Part shown: positions 12,101-25,681 of the stretch, one piece after another | Layout: the number at the start of each line of letters is the position of its first letter | Numbering within the stretch: position 1 is the first letter of the stretch | Source of the DNA: Octopus sinensis | Lineage: Eukaryota | Assembly: GCF_006345805.1 (NCBI RefSeq) | Contig: NC_043006.1 | Location: forward strand, 48,546,001-48,610,000 | Direction of reading: 5' to 3' | DNA length: 64,000 bases | Notes under the pieces: model-generated | What the model was told of the DNA's origin: nothing | Database searches by the model: none | Seen by the model: the letters and a program-made list of their open reading frames with translations, nothing else | Program-made: the position numbers and the translations under genes

Positions 12101-13689
12101 AGAAGCAGAAATGCCTTCCAGTCAATATTGTCACCGCTGCTGGACAATTTTCGTCTGTTACTGACATACACTTCGTTTCTAAGAGATATCATCTCAGGAC
12201 GAATACTGCAGCTAATTTGGCCTTCTGTGATGTATCTACGTTAAGTATAATGCACAGATTGCTGTTTTAAACTAATACAGCTTCCCTTGCACATAACGAA
12301 TAACTGTTTTCCGTTTTTTCCTTACAGCACACACATACACGTGTCGTCCCTGAATTTCTGTATGAGTAAACACAATATGAGTGAGAATTTTTGTATGTGT
12401 AATGTACACACACACACACACACACTTATACACACAGCTGTAATCCCATAGTTGCTTCAAACTTCACTTATTGACCACACCCGATGCGATACGACAGTCA
12501 GCCAACCAGACAAGTCCTGGTTGCCCATCAGCAATTTTTGTTTTTGTTTTCCTTTATTATATATATATATTTTCTTTTTTTTTTTTTTACTTCTTTCTCA
12601 CCCCACCCGCCCATCCACACCACCACCCTCATCAAAAAATGTCTTACGCAGTCGCTCCCTTTCCTTATATGTTATTTCAATTATCCACCTCCACCACAGT
12701 ATGTTGAATGGCGAATGTTGTGTTAACCCAAGCTTATAAATATAAATTGATGTTGTTGTTGTTGCTGCTGCTGTAGTTGGTGGCGGTTCCTCTGGTGATG
12801 AAGTGTGGGATAGTTCTAATGATAATGCTACTAGAGGCAGCGGCGGTACTTATTCCGTTGACGATGTGTTAGTGATGGTCGTAGTAGTGGTGGTGGTGGT
12901 TCTGGTGTGTTAAAAAGTGGAAGTGACGGTGGAGATCTGTGCCGTGTCGTGGCGTACACACTCGTTCACCACGTTCGTTGGTTGGTTCGTGCATTTCTAA
13001 ACAAATTTTTTTTTTGCTATCCGCCGTTAAAAATTATCCCTGACCCACTTTTCCTGTCTTAGGATGTCTTCGTTTTTTAATACTGTTGCTTCTACTTCCT
13101 CTCCGGCCATGTTCTCTCCCACATTACAGGAGAGTGGCGAAGAAGGGGAACAACTAATTGAAAGCTGTAGTCATTTCCCACTCCTCTTTTTTCAACAAAT
13201 GCTTTCACCTTAAGATTTACTAACAAAATATCCCTCATATATTTTTATGAGGTTTTTTTTTTTTTCTTCCATATTTAATTATGTATACATCGAAGAGAAG
13301 ATTTAGTGAAGTACCGAGAAAAGTGGTGGGGGAGGCTTTGAGAGTGCTTGCAATGTTTTATCCAAGTTTTTTTTTTACAATCTACGTTTAAATATAACTG
13401 AAGTCGGCTTTTCTTGGTCGATAAAATAAAGTATCAGTGAAATGCTGTGATTTATTATATCTGGGGTTAATGCAGATTTGCACTTTACCTTGAAAAATAC
13501 ATTTTTCTGAAAAAGTTTATTCGGATTCCTAGGTTTTACGTGTTGGAGATTTCGAATATGCACAAGAAAAAAAAAAAAAATTAAAATTTTATCCCCGTCA
13601 ACATACCCACCCAATTTTATATCAACTGCTTCCCTATGCAAAATGTATGTCGTTGTGTTAATCGATGTTTTAAACTTAAATGTGTTTCG

Positions 13690-14063
13690 GTCTGTAAGTA
13701 GCTTGCTTACCAACCACATGGTTCTGGGTTCAGTCCCACTGCGTGGCACCTTGGGCAAGTGTCTTCTACTATAGCCTCGGGCCGACCAAAGCCTTGTGAG
13801 TGGATTTGGTAGACGGAAACTGAAAGAAGCCCGTCGTATATATGTATACATATATGTGTGTGTGTCTGTGTTTGCCCCTCCCCCAACATCACTTGACAAC
13901 TGATTCTGGTGTGTTTACGTCCCTGTAACTTAGCGGTTCGGCAAAAAGACCGATAGAATAAGTACTAGGCTTACAAAGAAGAATAAGTCTTGCGGTCGAT
14001 TTGCTCGACTAAAGGCGGTGCTCCAGCATGGCCGCAGTCAAATGACTGAAACAAGTAAAGAGT
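13690..14063 (+). mobile_element. Family A SINE, near full length, CpGs intact
   Basis: GTAAGTAGCTTGCTTACCAACCACATGG..GGGTTCAGTCCCACTGCGTGGCACC..(TA/TG)n..GGCGGTGCTCCAGCATGGCCGCAGTCAAATGACTGAAACAAGTAAA. Confidence 0.92.
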
Positions 14064-14318
14064 ATGGCCGTGTCCAACTTAATTATAGCACCACCTAATA
14101 GAATCTGTTACGTCATCTTGAAGATGGGAGTTGACTAGGTGATATTTTACTCAACGTTTACGAGGAAGCATGCATGCGTGTATGTTTTAGAATTTGTCGT
14201 TTCGGATTCTATCTTATTGTGCGGCACTTTGAACTAGTCTAATGTTATCTGTCAAAGAGGAGTTGACATGCGTGTGTGTATGCAATAAATGATGATCTAT
14301 ATATACGGATCGTATATA

Positions 14319-15208
14319 CAGCGTGTCCCAAAAGTCAATGATGGGTTTCAGTTTTTAATAACTTCTGTAACTTTACAAATAAATACATGAAATTTTGATA
14401 CAATATAAAGGACATACAGTTTCATGGGAATTAATATGCACGAATCAAATTGTGCAACACTACTACGTCACATCGCTTAAATGCCAGCCATTTTCGGCTT
14501 CGCATACCAGTACTCATACCAAAACTTGCAGCACCATAACAGCCTCAAGAGTTTCAGACTCCATTTCTCTATTGATGTTCTCCTTCCGTTGCACCAGGGA
14601 CTCCGGTTTGTTGAAGTAAACCCTCTCTTTCAGGTATCCCCACAAGAAAAAAATCCGGGCTTATCAAGCGTAGGGAACGTGAAGGCCATTTGAAGTAGAC
14701 CTCACACATTGTTCCAGCAAGATGGGGCAACGCAACTTCTCATACCGCAAGACAAACGATGCATTTGCTACGGCAGTGCTTTGGAGGGAGAACAATCTCC
14801 CGCTACGGCAATGTTAGCTGACCTTCACGTTCCCCAGACTTGACCAGCCTGGATTTTTTTTTTTTTTATGGGGAGTTACCTGAAAGAGATGGTTTACGTC
14901 AACAAACCGGAGACCCTGGTGCAACTGAAAGGAGAACATCAATAGAAAAATCAATGAAATGGGGTCTGAATCTCTTGAAAGTATTGTGGTGCAAGCTTTG
15001 GAAAGAGCACGGGCGTGCGAAGTCGAAAATGGCTGCCATTTAAGCGATGTCATTTTTCATATGTGATGTAGTGGTGTTGCAAAATTTGACTCATGCCCAT
15101 TAATTTCCATTATGTCCTTTATATTGCATCAAAATTTAATGCATTTATTTATAAAGTTAAGGAAGTTATTAAAAATTGAAATCCATCAGTGACTTTTGGG
15201 ACACCCTG
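14319..15208. mobile_element. 890-bp palindromic non-autonomous Tc1/mariner element carrying degraded DD41D (rosa-type) transposase C-terminus
   Basis: TA TSDs; ends CAG(C/G)GTGTCCCAAAAGTC. After removing a 5-bp duplication and frameshifts, + strand ~14712-15065 reads FQQDGATSHTARQTMHLLRQCFGGRTISRYGNVS*PSRSPDLTSLDFF.WG/YLKEMVYVNKPETLVQLK..ENGCHLSDVIFHM*, with 41 residues between the catalytic D2 and D3. The left arm (~14319-14690) is an inverted copy of the right arm. Confidence 0.9.
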
Positions 15209-15354
15209 TATAAGGTGAAGAACGAAAAGAATAAAGTGATCGAACAGATTTACTGATTGGTCCTTTGGCGTTTCAATTATGACCATCCCATCTTTCATTA
15301 CAAACATCCAGTACCTTGGACTACATCAGCCAATGTGTCTTTATCATCATTTAG

Positions 15355-15535
15355 GCAGCGAGCTAGCACGCCGGGCAAAATGCTTAGCGGCATTTCGGCC
15401 GTCCTTACGTTCTGATTTCAAATTCCACCGAGGTCGATGAACTAAGTAGCAATGAAATACTGGGGTCGATGCAATCGACTAGTCCCCTTTCCAAATTCCA
15501 GGCCTTGTGCCTAGAGTAGAAATGATTATTATTAT
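15355..15535 (+). mobile_element. SINE family B, shortened copy
   Basis: GGCAGCGAGCTAGCACGCCGGGCAAAATGCTTAGCGG..TTCAAATTCCACCGAGGTCGA..CTGGGGTCGATG. Confidence 0.75.
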
Positions 15536-16146
15536 TATTGAGACGGTGAAGTGTGATTTAAGGAAGATTTGACTGCTATTTATAGTCAGTCAAACAACCT
15601 TACTGAAACATTGAGCTCTTCTGGTCTGGGTCCCTATCTATTCTACCACTCACCTCCAAATAAATAACAATGATTTTCGTCTTAAAATATGGTTTCGTTT
15701 TGCCTTTTCTTTCCTTTAAGCATTCATTGTTGATTATTCTTTAAAATTAAAAAAAAATCCCCCACACTTCTTCACACTATTTTTTTCTATATGTGAGCGT
15801 GTGTCCTTGGAAAGAAGATAATTGCAAAATATCGCATCAGATAGAAATGTTCAGTGGTTTTTTTTGTTTCTCGAAATGCCAAGCCCTGAATTATTCAGAA
15901 AGAAAATTCCTTTTTTTTTTTTTTTTTTTCTAAGATTAGTCTAGACAGGAAATTTGCTTCTTCAGCTCCTACAACAAAATAGCTGTCTCCTCCACATCTC
16001 CATTGTGATTTTGTCTAACGACCTATGAAATTTGTCTCCCATAAACTTTATCCCGTCTCTCACAGGCTTTTGGGTGTCTTTGTTTTAATATTTCTATTTC
16101 ATTTCTTTCTTTCTTATTTATTACATGGGTGTAAATTTGGGACGAT

Positions 16147-16192
<46 letters not shown>

Positions 16193-17883
16193 TTTCGTCC
16201 GTTTATGAGTTTTTGTTTTGTTTGATTCTTTTCGGTTGCATTCGTTTTTCCCAGCCCGCCTACCCGACGTTTATCCCGATATAAAGATTCCGTTTCTTTT
16301 CTTCAACTTTCTGAAATGTCAAGGTGACCTTAAGGAATTAAGCAGATTCCCGAAGAGGTACGATGATTCAAACGTCCTTTTTATAGTTCCGATATTTGCT
16401 CACCTGCCTGTCTTCCTCTTTTGTTTCCTTAGTTACCAATAGTGGGTAACGAGAGATGGAAACCCCACCATAAAAGGAAACGTGATGAGAGACTTCACAG
16501 CAGGTTTCTGTGACATTTCTGTTTCGTTGTGGTAGTGGTAATGCCACCTATCATCAAAGATTTTCTTCGAGGCATTAGGGAAGCTCCATTGTTGTCGCTC
16601 GGCCTGCTAGAAACAACAGCCAAATCTCTCTCAAATCACACCCTACTGTGGTTACAACTGGAATGCTTTTGACCCCCAGAGCCTGTTAATTATGATAGGC
16701 CTGAAGCAAAACAACAGCAAGTTTTGATGGTCACACGCACATAGTAGAGAGCTGAACGCATTTTGATGCTTAAAATGTATAAAGACAATTTTAGAACAGA
16801 TGTTTGCCCAGCTCCTAAACACCATTGTCAAGAATAAATGTTTTCTTATTGAGCTCCCTAAATGCATTTTCTAAAATAGGGTGTTCGCTTACAGTGTGGT
16901 CATGCAACCACCTTCTGAGTATTACCCCCGACCCCACACCTGCAAATATTGTTCACTCTAATATTCAATTCAATCCCTCTTGCACCCAAACATTGTTAAT
17001 TCTCTCTAGATCCCCCGTTAATCGTTATTTGTTTCAGTTTTAAGTGTTTATTTTATTTATTTATTCTTTTTTTCACCTTGTTTTTTTATCCTACCAAAAT
17101 ATGAATCTACGGTTAGCGAGCGAGCGAGATCGAGAGACTGCCGAGTCACATTTTAAAATGTGTCGTTTCGTCTAAATTACCACCGAGTTCTCTCGTCTCT
17201 AGTTTCTACCTATATTGTTTTATCGTGTGATTGTGTGAAATTTAGACTGGTTTAGCCAGCCAAACTAACTAGTCATGTGTCTCTATCAATTATTATTTGT
17301 CAAAGTTTCTTAAATTGTTTATGCTAGTTGATCACGAGTAATTTTTTTGATGAGAGAAAGAAAGGAGAGGTGCAGGATATGTGGTGCCAGAGGGTTTTGT
17401 ATAAAAATATATAACGAATAACGAAAACTTAATTGCGGACTCTCGCTGACTTCACTGCAGGAATCCATCGGATGGGCGAATAACTTTATCTGATATACGA
17501 TATGGCAGGACATCATTTGAACTGTCAACCAAAATAAATAAATAAATAAATTGGAAATAAGAGGTCGAGACTAAGCTTTTCTTATTGTAGTAGGGGGAAC
17601 GAAAAATAGTTTTTAGCCTGCCTATATACGTGACATACGTATAAAGGCATTTTGTAGAATGTCAGAGCTCAATTCTTAACTTCTTATTCAACGTGGTTTT
17701 ATTAAATGTTTTTTTTTTTAAATGTTTGTTTTTACAGGCTTTCACTAGTTTTCCAGGTATTTCCTCCCAATTATTTGAATAAAAAATACCAGCTAGGAAC
17801 TAACAGACATTATTATCGAGCTCTTGTTATATCACAACACTAAGACAACTCTTTCTTATCGACTAGCCCGACTCTCTTTAACG

Positions 17884-18308
17884 AAATAGCTATTTCTTTA
17901 TTACCCACAAGGGGCTAAACATAGAGGGGACAAACAAGGACAGACATAGGTATTAAGTCGATTACATCGACCCCAGTGCGTAACTGGTACTTAATTTATC
18001 GACCCCGAAAGGATGAAAGGCAAAGTCGACCTCGGCGGAATTTGAACTCACAACGTAACGACAGACGAAATACCTAGAAATACCTATTTCTTTATTACCC
18101 ACAAGGGGCTAAACATAGAGAGGACAGACATAGGTATTAAGTCGATTACATCGACCCCAGTGCGTAACTGGTACTTAATTTATCGACCCCTGAAAGGATG
18201 AAAGGCAAAGTCGACCTCGGCGGAATTTGAACTCACAACGTAACGGCAGACGAAATACCGCTAAGCATTTCGCCCGGCGTGCTAACGTTTCTACCATCTC
18301 GCCACCTT
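17884..18308 (-). mobile_element. SINE family B with two tandem body units
   Basis: The ~190-bp unit TATTTCTTTATTACCCACAAGGGGCT..GGAATTTGAACTCACAACGTAACG occurs twice, followed by a single head. Confidence 0.9.
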
Positions 18309-18908
18309 CGGATGGAATAAATATCGCAAATCATTTGCATTCATTGTTCTTATGATCCTACCAATCCATGCCCTGGGCTAATATTTTATTTATCAACCCC
18401 AGAAAGATTAAAGACTAAAGTTGACCTTACTTGGATTTGAACTTGGAATGCAAAAAAAAAAAACAAGAAACCAGAAAAACTACCACAAGAAGGCATCTCG
18501 TCAGTTGCTTGAATGCTTCTACTTGTTCGTCACCTGGTAATTTTATGTTTTAGGGGTGATGGAGTTAAGTTAGATGTTGATCATCAATAGCCAATGTTAT
18601 TGATGCTTATTTTATCAACACACTACCCCACACTACCCCACCTCCATTCCCATAAACGAATGAAAATGCAAAGTCTACTGCTTCCATGCTTATTCTTACA
18701 AGATACGAACTCAAACTTCAAAACATACGTACGGGTGTGAAGACACCAAATATTTCCAATTTTTAAAGCGCACACACACACATGTATGTATATACATACA
18801 TATACATATATGCCTTCGTCTTTTGTTTATTTTCATAAAACTTCCCGTTATATATATATATATAAACACGCACACGTGCGTGTATATACTTGTGTGTGTG
18901 TATATACT

Positions 18909-18947
<39 letters not shown>

Positions 18948-19636
18948 TAATGAAAATGGTAATGGAGCTGAGAGTTAGTCTAGTCTTTGAAGATGGGGAA
19001 AATACATTTATCCAGTTGACTAACCAGGCTTGTTCAATGAACTGGAATCTGTGCCATCTGAAATTGTCTGCGCTCATAAAGAATTATTTCCTCTTTTCTT
19101 CAGGCGCTTCTTTCTTCGTGATGGTTCTTTAGTGGTGATCCAGCCGTGTTAATGAATTGAACTGGCGACTCACTAAAAACTAACTTCTGATAGTAGTAGT
19201 CTTTTTATCTGAACGGATGGAGGAGCGAGGGAAGTGAGGAAAACTCGAGTCCATATAGATTAATTTTTTTTATTCCCATCCACCATTTTCCATTTTGTGC
19301 TCCCTGTTCGCTCACCCAACCCCCACTCCAATCACCCCCATTGAAATCTTTCTCATTTTTTTCTTTTGTGAAGAGGATGCTGTGTAAGCTACATATTAGA
19401 TTAATATGACTCACCTCATGTTTTACCTATTCATAAATGCAAAAACATGATGATGATGGTGGTGGTGGTGGTCATGGCAGTTCTAGTGGTGATAGTAATG
19501 ATGATGGTGATGATTATAAGTGGTGGCAGCAGCAGCGGTGGTGGTGGTGGTGGTGGTGTTTTCTCTTGACCGTTAATTTTTTTTTTCTCTGGCATTCATT
19601 TAAGCAACTTTATAATTTATATTGAATTTGAATCAT

Positions 19637-19680
<44 letters not shown>

Positions 19681-20284
19681 AGTTTGAGGGCAAGCAGGAA
19701 TGAGTTAGCTGTTCAGGTATCTCAATGTAGTAATATACATAAATGGGAGCCGTTGGAAATACACTGCTTTTGTTTCCAATTAATTTTGAAAATAATGAAT
19801 AATTTAGTAAGATAACAATGTCGTTATTAAGCTGGTGTTTAGGAATATAAAATGGCATGAAATTTTGATGGAAAGTTTTTAATTTAGATCACTTTTAAAC
19901 AGGAATTTTTGTTTCACAGAACCAGGGACGGTCTTAGAGGTGGGTGAATATCAAAAGGGTTCACAATGAGTTCTGTTCGCTTTGATTGCTTTTATCATCA
20001 CCACCACCATTATAGTTTCAGTGCAGTTGCACTCAACTAGGAAACTTGCTTTGATGAGGAAGCTTCTATGTAGTTGCTTGAGTTGTTAGAAATAGCAGCT
20101 ACATCTCCCATAAATTGCACCATACCACTTACAGAAAGGAAGCATGCAGTGGATATTATAATGCAGCGCTAGATATAATTTAAAAAACGAGAAGGGATCA
20201 AGAAAGAGAAGATGAACAGAATCACAGTATTTTTGCTCCTTTTATGGTGGTGCTACATAAGAAGACCTATGCAGCTCCCATGTG

Positions 20285-20620
20285 GCATCATGTAAAAGCA
20301 CCCATATGACACTACATAAAAGCATCCAGCATTCTCTGTGAAGTGGCTGGTGTTAGGAAGGGCATCCAACTGTAGAAACCCTGCCAAATCAGACTGGTGT
20401 CTGGTGCAGCTCCCCAGCTTGCCAGCTCTGGTCAAACTGTCCAACCCACGCCAGCATGAACAATGGACGTTAAATGATGATGATGCTGGTGTGTGTGTGT
20501 GTGTGTGTGTATACACACCAAATCAGACTGGAGTCTGGTGCAGCTTCTCAGCTTGCCAGCTCTGGTCAAACCATTCAACCCATGCCAGCATGGACAACAG
20601 ATGTTAAATGATGATGATGA
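20285..20620 (+). mobile_element. SINE family C with (GAT)n tail, plus duplicated 3' part
   Basis: GTGGCTGGTGTTAGGAAGGGCATCCAACTGTAGAAAC..CAACCCA..CAGCATG..GTTAAATGATGATGATG; the 3' half is repeated at ~20520-20620. Confidence 0.85.
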
Positions 20621-22170
20621 TGGTCTGCTTGATTAGAGGTGACCTAGGGTTAAACAACTGCAGCAGTAAATACTCTCTAGTTCTTTAGCTCAGTTCTAAT
20701 CATCATGGCTCGGACCATTCCAGCACATTCTTCCACCAACGTCGACTTGGTCTTTCATCCTTTCAGGATCAATAAATTAAGTACCAGTTGCATACTGGGA
20801 TCGATGTAATCAACTGAAACCTCTCTCCCTACCTCTCTCAAAATTTCAGGCCTTGTGACTAGAGTAGAAAAGATTCTACTACAGTTGCTGGTTAGCATGG
20901 AAAGTAGACGTAAAATGAACGAACAAATGGAATCATATTACAAGTTGCTTATTAAGCGAACCAATAACTTGTACGCAGTAATAATTTATGTGTAGTATTG
21001 GGCATTACAAATTCAATTTTTATTTTTATTGAAGTTCTGCTGTGACTTTTGTTTTTCCCCTGGATTTGAAACCATGACTATTTCATTATAACATTAGCTC
21101 AACGCTGCCAATTATTGAGGAGGGAAAGGGGTGGGACGGAGCGGGGATTGGGGTAGAGTGTCTGTAGCAAATTGACTATATGAATGATTGGTATGTAAGT
21201 TAATTGATCTATATTATATGACTGTATGATTGGTATATATTTTATTGACCCAAGAGGGATGAAATGAAAGGCACTTTTAACTCCAGACGTAATGAGATAT
21301 AACTAAGTACCACAAGGCAGCGTTTAGTCTAACAGTCAGTCTACTACGGTGCTGTTTCTTCCCTTAAAACAGATTGCGGCTGTAATGATAATTAAGTTTG
21401 CATGTAAGAGTGATATCAGATAAAATGAATTCTTCATTGAATGACTGTCCTCCTATTGATTGATCAATTTATTCTTTCAATTGATGATAGTCCGGCAGGA
21501 ATATATATTCTCCTTCATCTGACAGGCTACGCACACACTGCTAGACGAAGCCACAAAGGTGCTACCATTGGCTGTGGGCCAACGAAAGCAATTTGTTATC
21601 AAGTAGACAAATGTGCAAACTGAGCTTAAAGTCCAGTGTCTATGATATAATGTCATTTAATTAAACAATGCTGTATTCTCTTCACTTAATTGGTATCATT
21701 GTAGGCTTCTACTGTTCACCCCACTCCCACATCGCCCAGCCATCTACATCTCCTATTAGTATACAACAGTGCTGTAGCAATAAGTCAGTGGCAGTTAAGA
21801 AGATTTACAGAAATAGATACACCACATGAAACTTGACCAGTTATTATCAAGAAATCCTGAGTGACTGGTCAGTTTGTTTTGTTGCTATTTATCTATGTTG
21901 TCCCATCCAATTTAGATAAATTCCACTTGTAACTAAGTAACTAACAACCCATTTCTAACCTAAGCAAAATCTGTGTTTTAGAAGTTTATTTTTATCACTA
22001 AATTAGTTATATTTTATCATATTTGTTTCATTTCTCATGGGGAATGAGAATAATGTTAGTTTAACTTTTGGAAGAGTTTAGTTTAGTTACAGTCTATTTA
22101 GGTGAATCCTATTGCTGTATTTTCTCAGAGCGCACTATTTTAACAAGTTACCTCTCCACATTCTTTCTCT

Positions 22171-22210
<40 letters not shown>

Positions 22211-22212
<2 letters not shown>

Positions 22213-22945
22213 TGCAGGAGTGGCTGTGTGGTAAGTAGCTTGCTTACCAACCACATGGTTACAGGTTCAGTCCCACTGCATGGCACCTTGGGCAAGTGTC
22301 TTCTACTATAGCCTCGGGGTTGTGAGTGGATTTGGTAGACGGAAACTGAAATGTGTGTCTGTGTTTGTCCTCCCCAACATCGATGCTGGTGTGTTTACGT
22401 CCCCATTACTTAGCGGTCTGGCAAAAGAGACCGATAGAATAAGTACTAGGCTTACAAAAGAATAAGTCCTGAGGTCAATTTGCTCGACTAAAGTCGGTGC
22501 TCCAGCATGGCCGCAGTCAAATGACAAACAAGTAAAAGAAAAGAATTATATGTATATATATACGCAGATGTGACTGTGGTAAGAAGTTTGCTTCCCAACC
22601 ACATGGTTCAGGGTTCAGTCCCCCTTCATGACACCTTGGGTCAATCAATCAAAATCTTATGAGTAGAATTGGTAGACAGAAACTAACGAAATCCAGTGTT
22701 TGTGTGTGTGTGTCTGTCCACATATCCGTCTGTCCCACCCACCACCACCACTGCTTGACAACTGGTGCTGGTGTGTTTATATCCCCATAACTTAGCAGTT
22801 TGGCAAAAGAGACCAATACAATATGTACCATGCTCTAAAACAACGACTACTAGGGTCAGTCGATGCATTCAACTAAAAATTCCTTAAAGCTGTGCTCCAA
22901 CATGGCCGCTGTCTAATGGCTGAAACGAGTAAAAGATAAAAAGAT
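22211..22945 (+). mobile_element. Two adjacent family A SINEs
   Basis: Heads at ~22211 and ~22567, each ending in CAGCATGGCCGC..AAGTAAAAGA-like tails. Confidence 0.85.
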
Positions 22946-23379
22946 ATGTGCATGCCTAAATACTTTATAAACAGTATCATAACACCATAAAGCTAAAGAT
23001 ATTTTACAGCTGAGTTCTTTCTTAAGAGCCAACCTCTTATCTGTCAAGTGGAACCAGCTGAGACTATCATTACCACAAATCTAGAAGGGCTTTCTTTAAC
23101 TCCCATCATCACTCTTCATGGCTCTTTGGACCATGATTTCTTCTAGAGGAGCTGCTTTTTCAACATATTGTTGAGGACATTAATCTCTTTATATCTACTC
23201 AGAAAAACAAACAAAAAGAAAAAAAAAAATGAGTACAGACCCATTAGTTCTTCCAGCTGATATTATCATAAGTTAATACTTACAAATATATATATATGAT
23301 ATGATATCGGCCAACAAGAGAGCCTTTGTATCAGTAATGCTCGGTCTTTTGATTGTGTGATACACTTAGATGTCTTTTA

Positions 23380-23945
23380 CTTTTTACTTGTTTCAGTCAT
23401 TAGACTGTGGCCATGCTGGGGCACTGCCTTGAATTTTGGTCATATGAATCAATCCCAGTATTTAATTTTTAAAAGTCTGGTACATATTTTGTCAGCCGCT
23501 TTTACCAAACTGCTAAGTTATGTGGACATAAACACACTAATGCTGGTTGTCTAGAAGTGGTGGTGGACAAACACACATGCACACACATACATATCATCAT
23601 CATCATCGTTTAACATCCACTTTCCATGCTAGCATGGGTTGGACGATTTGACTGAGGACTGGCGAGCCAGATGGCTGCACCAGACTCCAATCTGATCTGG
23701 CAGAGTTTCTACAGCTGAATGCCCTTCCTAATACCAACCACTCCAAGAGCGTAGTGGGTGCCTTTACATGCCACCAGCACGAGGGGCTTATTTCAGTTTC
23801 CGTCTGCCAAATTCATTCACAAGGTTTTGGTCTGCCTGAAGCTATAATAGAAGACACTTACCCAAGGTACCACACAGTGGGACTGAACCTGGAACCATGT
23901 GGTGGTTCAGAACCAAACTTCTTACTGCACAGCTACACCTGTGCC
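23380..23945 (-). mobile_element. Family A SINE with nested family C SINE (~23593-23775)
   Basis: The family A tail and head flank an inverted family C copy beginning CATCATCATCATCGTTTAAC. Confidence 0.8.
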
Positions 23946-25638
23946 TACAAAAATGTTGTTAGCACTTTTTGCAAGGAAGGTTTAAGAAAAAGAAAAACTG
24001 TTTTAAAGTTCTGGAATTCTGCTTATCAAGCAAGTAACTTGATCCGAGACTGAGTGGGGAATTGTATGAGTGACCAGGTTGCAGTTATGCAACCAAAATT
24101 TTTAAAACATCATGAAATAGCTTTAAAGTGAATTTAATAGTTTTTATGTACTGCCTCTTGTTGGTACTGCCTCTGTGGTTGGGAAGCAAACTTCCTACTA
24201 CACAGCTACAAAAAATTATGCATAACACATTTTTCAGAATGCTCAAATATTTGTAAGGGTTTTCTAATATTTGAAATTATATTTAAAGGAAGGAAAAAAA
24301 GGTGTTGCATCTAAATATTCCCTTGTGATGCACCATTTGTGAACCCCCTGCTTTGTATAGTTTCTTGACCTGCTTGAAATATGAGCCAAATCTCCTTCAA
24401 ATTTCACTCAGCCATCTTAAAGTAAAGGAGACATTACCTTAATCTCTTTTGACAGCAGCCATGCTGGAGCACCACCTAAAGGGGGTTTAGATGAAGAAAT
24501 CAACCCCAGGACTTATTCATTGTAAGCTTAGTACTTATTCTATCAGTCTATTTTGCCAATCTGATAAGTTACAGGGACATAAGCACATTGGTTGTCAAGT
24601 GACAGCAAGGAGACAAACACACATATGATGGGCTTCTTTCAGTTTCCATCTACCAATTCACTCACAAGGCTTTGGTCAGCCCGAGGCTATAATAGAAGAC
24701 ACTTGTCCTAGGTGCCACACAGTGGGACTGAACCCAGAATCATGTGGTTTGGAAGCAAGCTTCTTACCACACAACCACGCCTTGTCCCCACAAACACAGA
24801 ATGGTCACAGCTGGAATTCTTTTGGCCATGGGAGGTCAGCTTGGTCAGAGCAGGCTTGGGTTACACAACAGCAGCGACAATGACAATGATGACTTGTGAT
24901 ATTTCATCAAATATTAATTTGTCCAACATATTAATTAAAGAGCCATGAGGCAGCAGCTGTTTGTCTGTCAGTCCTGCCAACTGAGGCTTATCTTCATTAG
25001 GTTTCCAAACCGTTACAGGAGTAATTAAGCCTGTAATTACTGAAGAGAATCACAGAATAAGTGTTTCTGCTTGGAGACATCTGTCAATTATCTAATTGCT
25101 GTACATGTATTGTTTAATTAATTAATAATTTCATATCTGCAGCAAGTGCCACAGAAACGATTGAACATTTTTTTTTTTTAAGCATTGTTCCACTATATTT
25201 TGGGCAGTTGTGGTGGCAGTGGTAGTTTTGTTTAAACCTAGCAGATTTATGATCAGGGGCATGTCAGACATGACCATCATGACTTTTTATCTAATATTTA
25301 ATGTTTTCCATATATAAAATATTAAGACTTGATTGCTAATTACACAAGCAGGCTAAGCAACCATGGGGAGATACTCAATGGCCAACATTGGAAAAAAACT
25401 CATCTTGAATTGCCCAAGGTACCATGCAGTGGAACTGAACCTAAAAACCACATGGTTGCAAAGCAAGTTTCTTAAACCATGCAACCATGCCTGTATGTAT
25501 TTCTAAAGCCTGTTGTAGTTCTTATTACATGGTTTCAAGACATTTATCTGTGTCTATGTATATATGTGTATACATGCCTGTATGTATCCACTTACCTTTG
25601 TCTGTATGTCTATATTAGTCTATGAATGTATGCATGTC

Positions 25639-25681
<43 letters not shown>

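Noticed and set aside
12170-12240. YITEGQI matching V-ATPase subunit B
   Set aside because: The following residues (SCSIRPE) do not match the invariant YVDRQLHNRQIYPP, so the 7-mer is coincidental.
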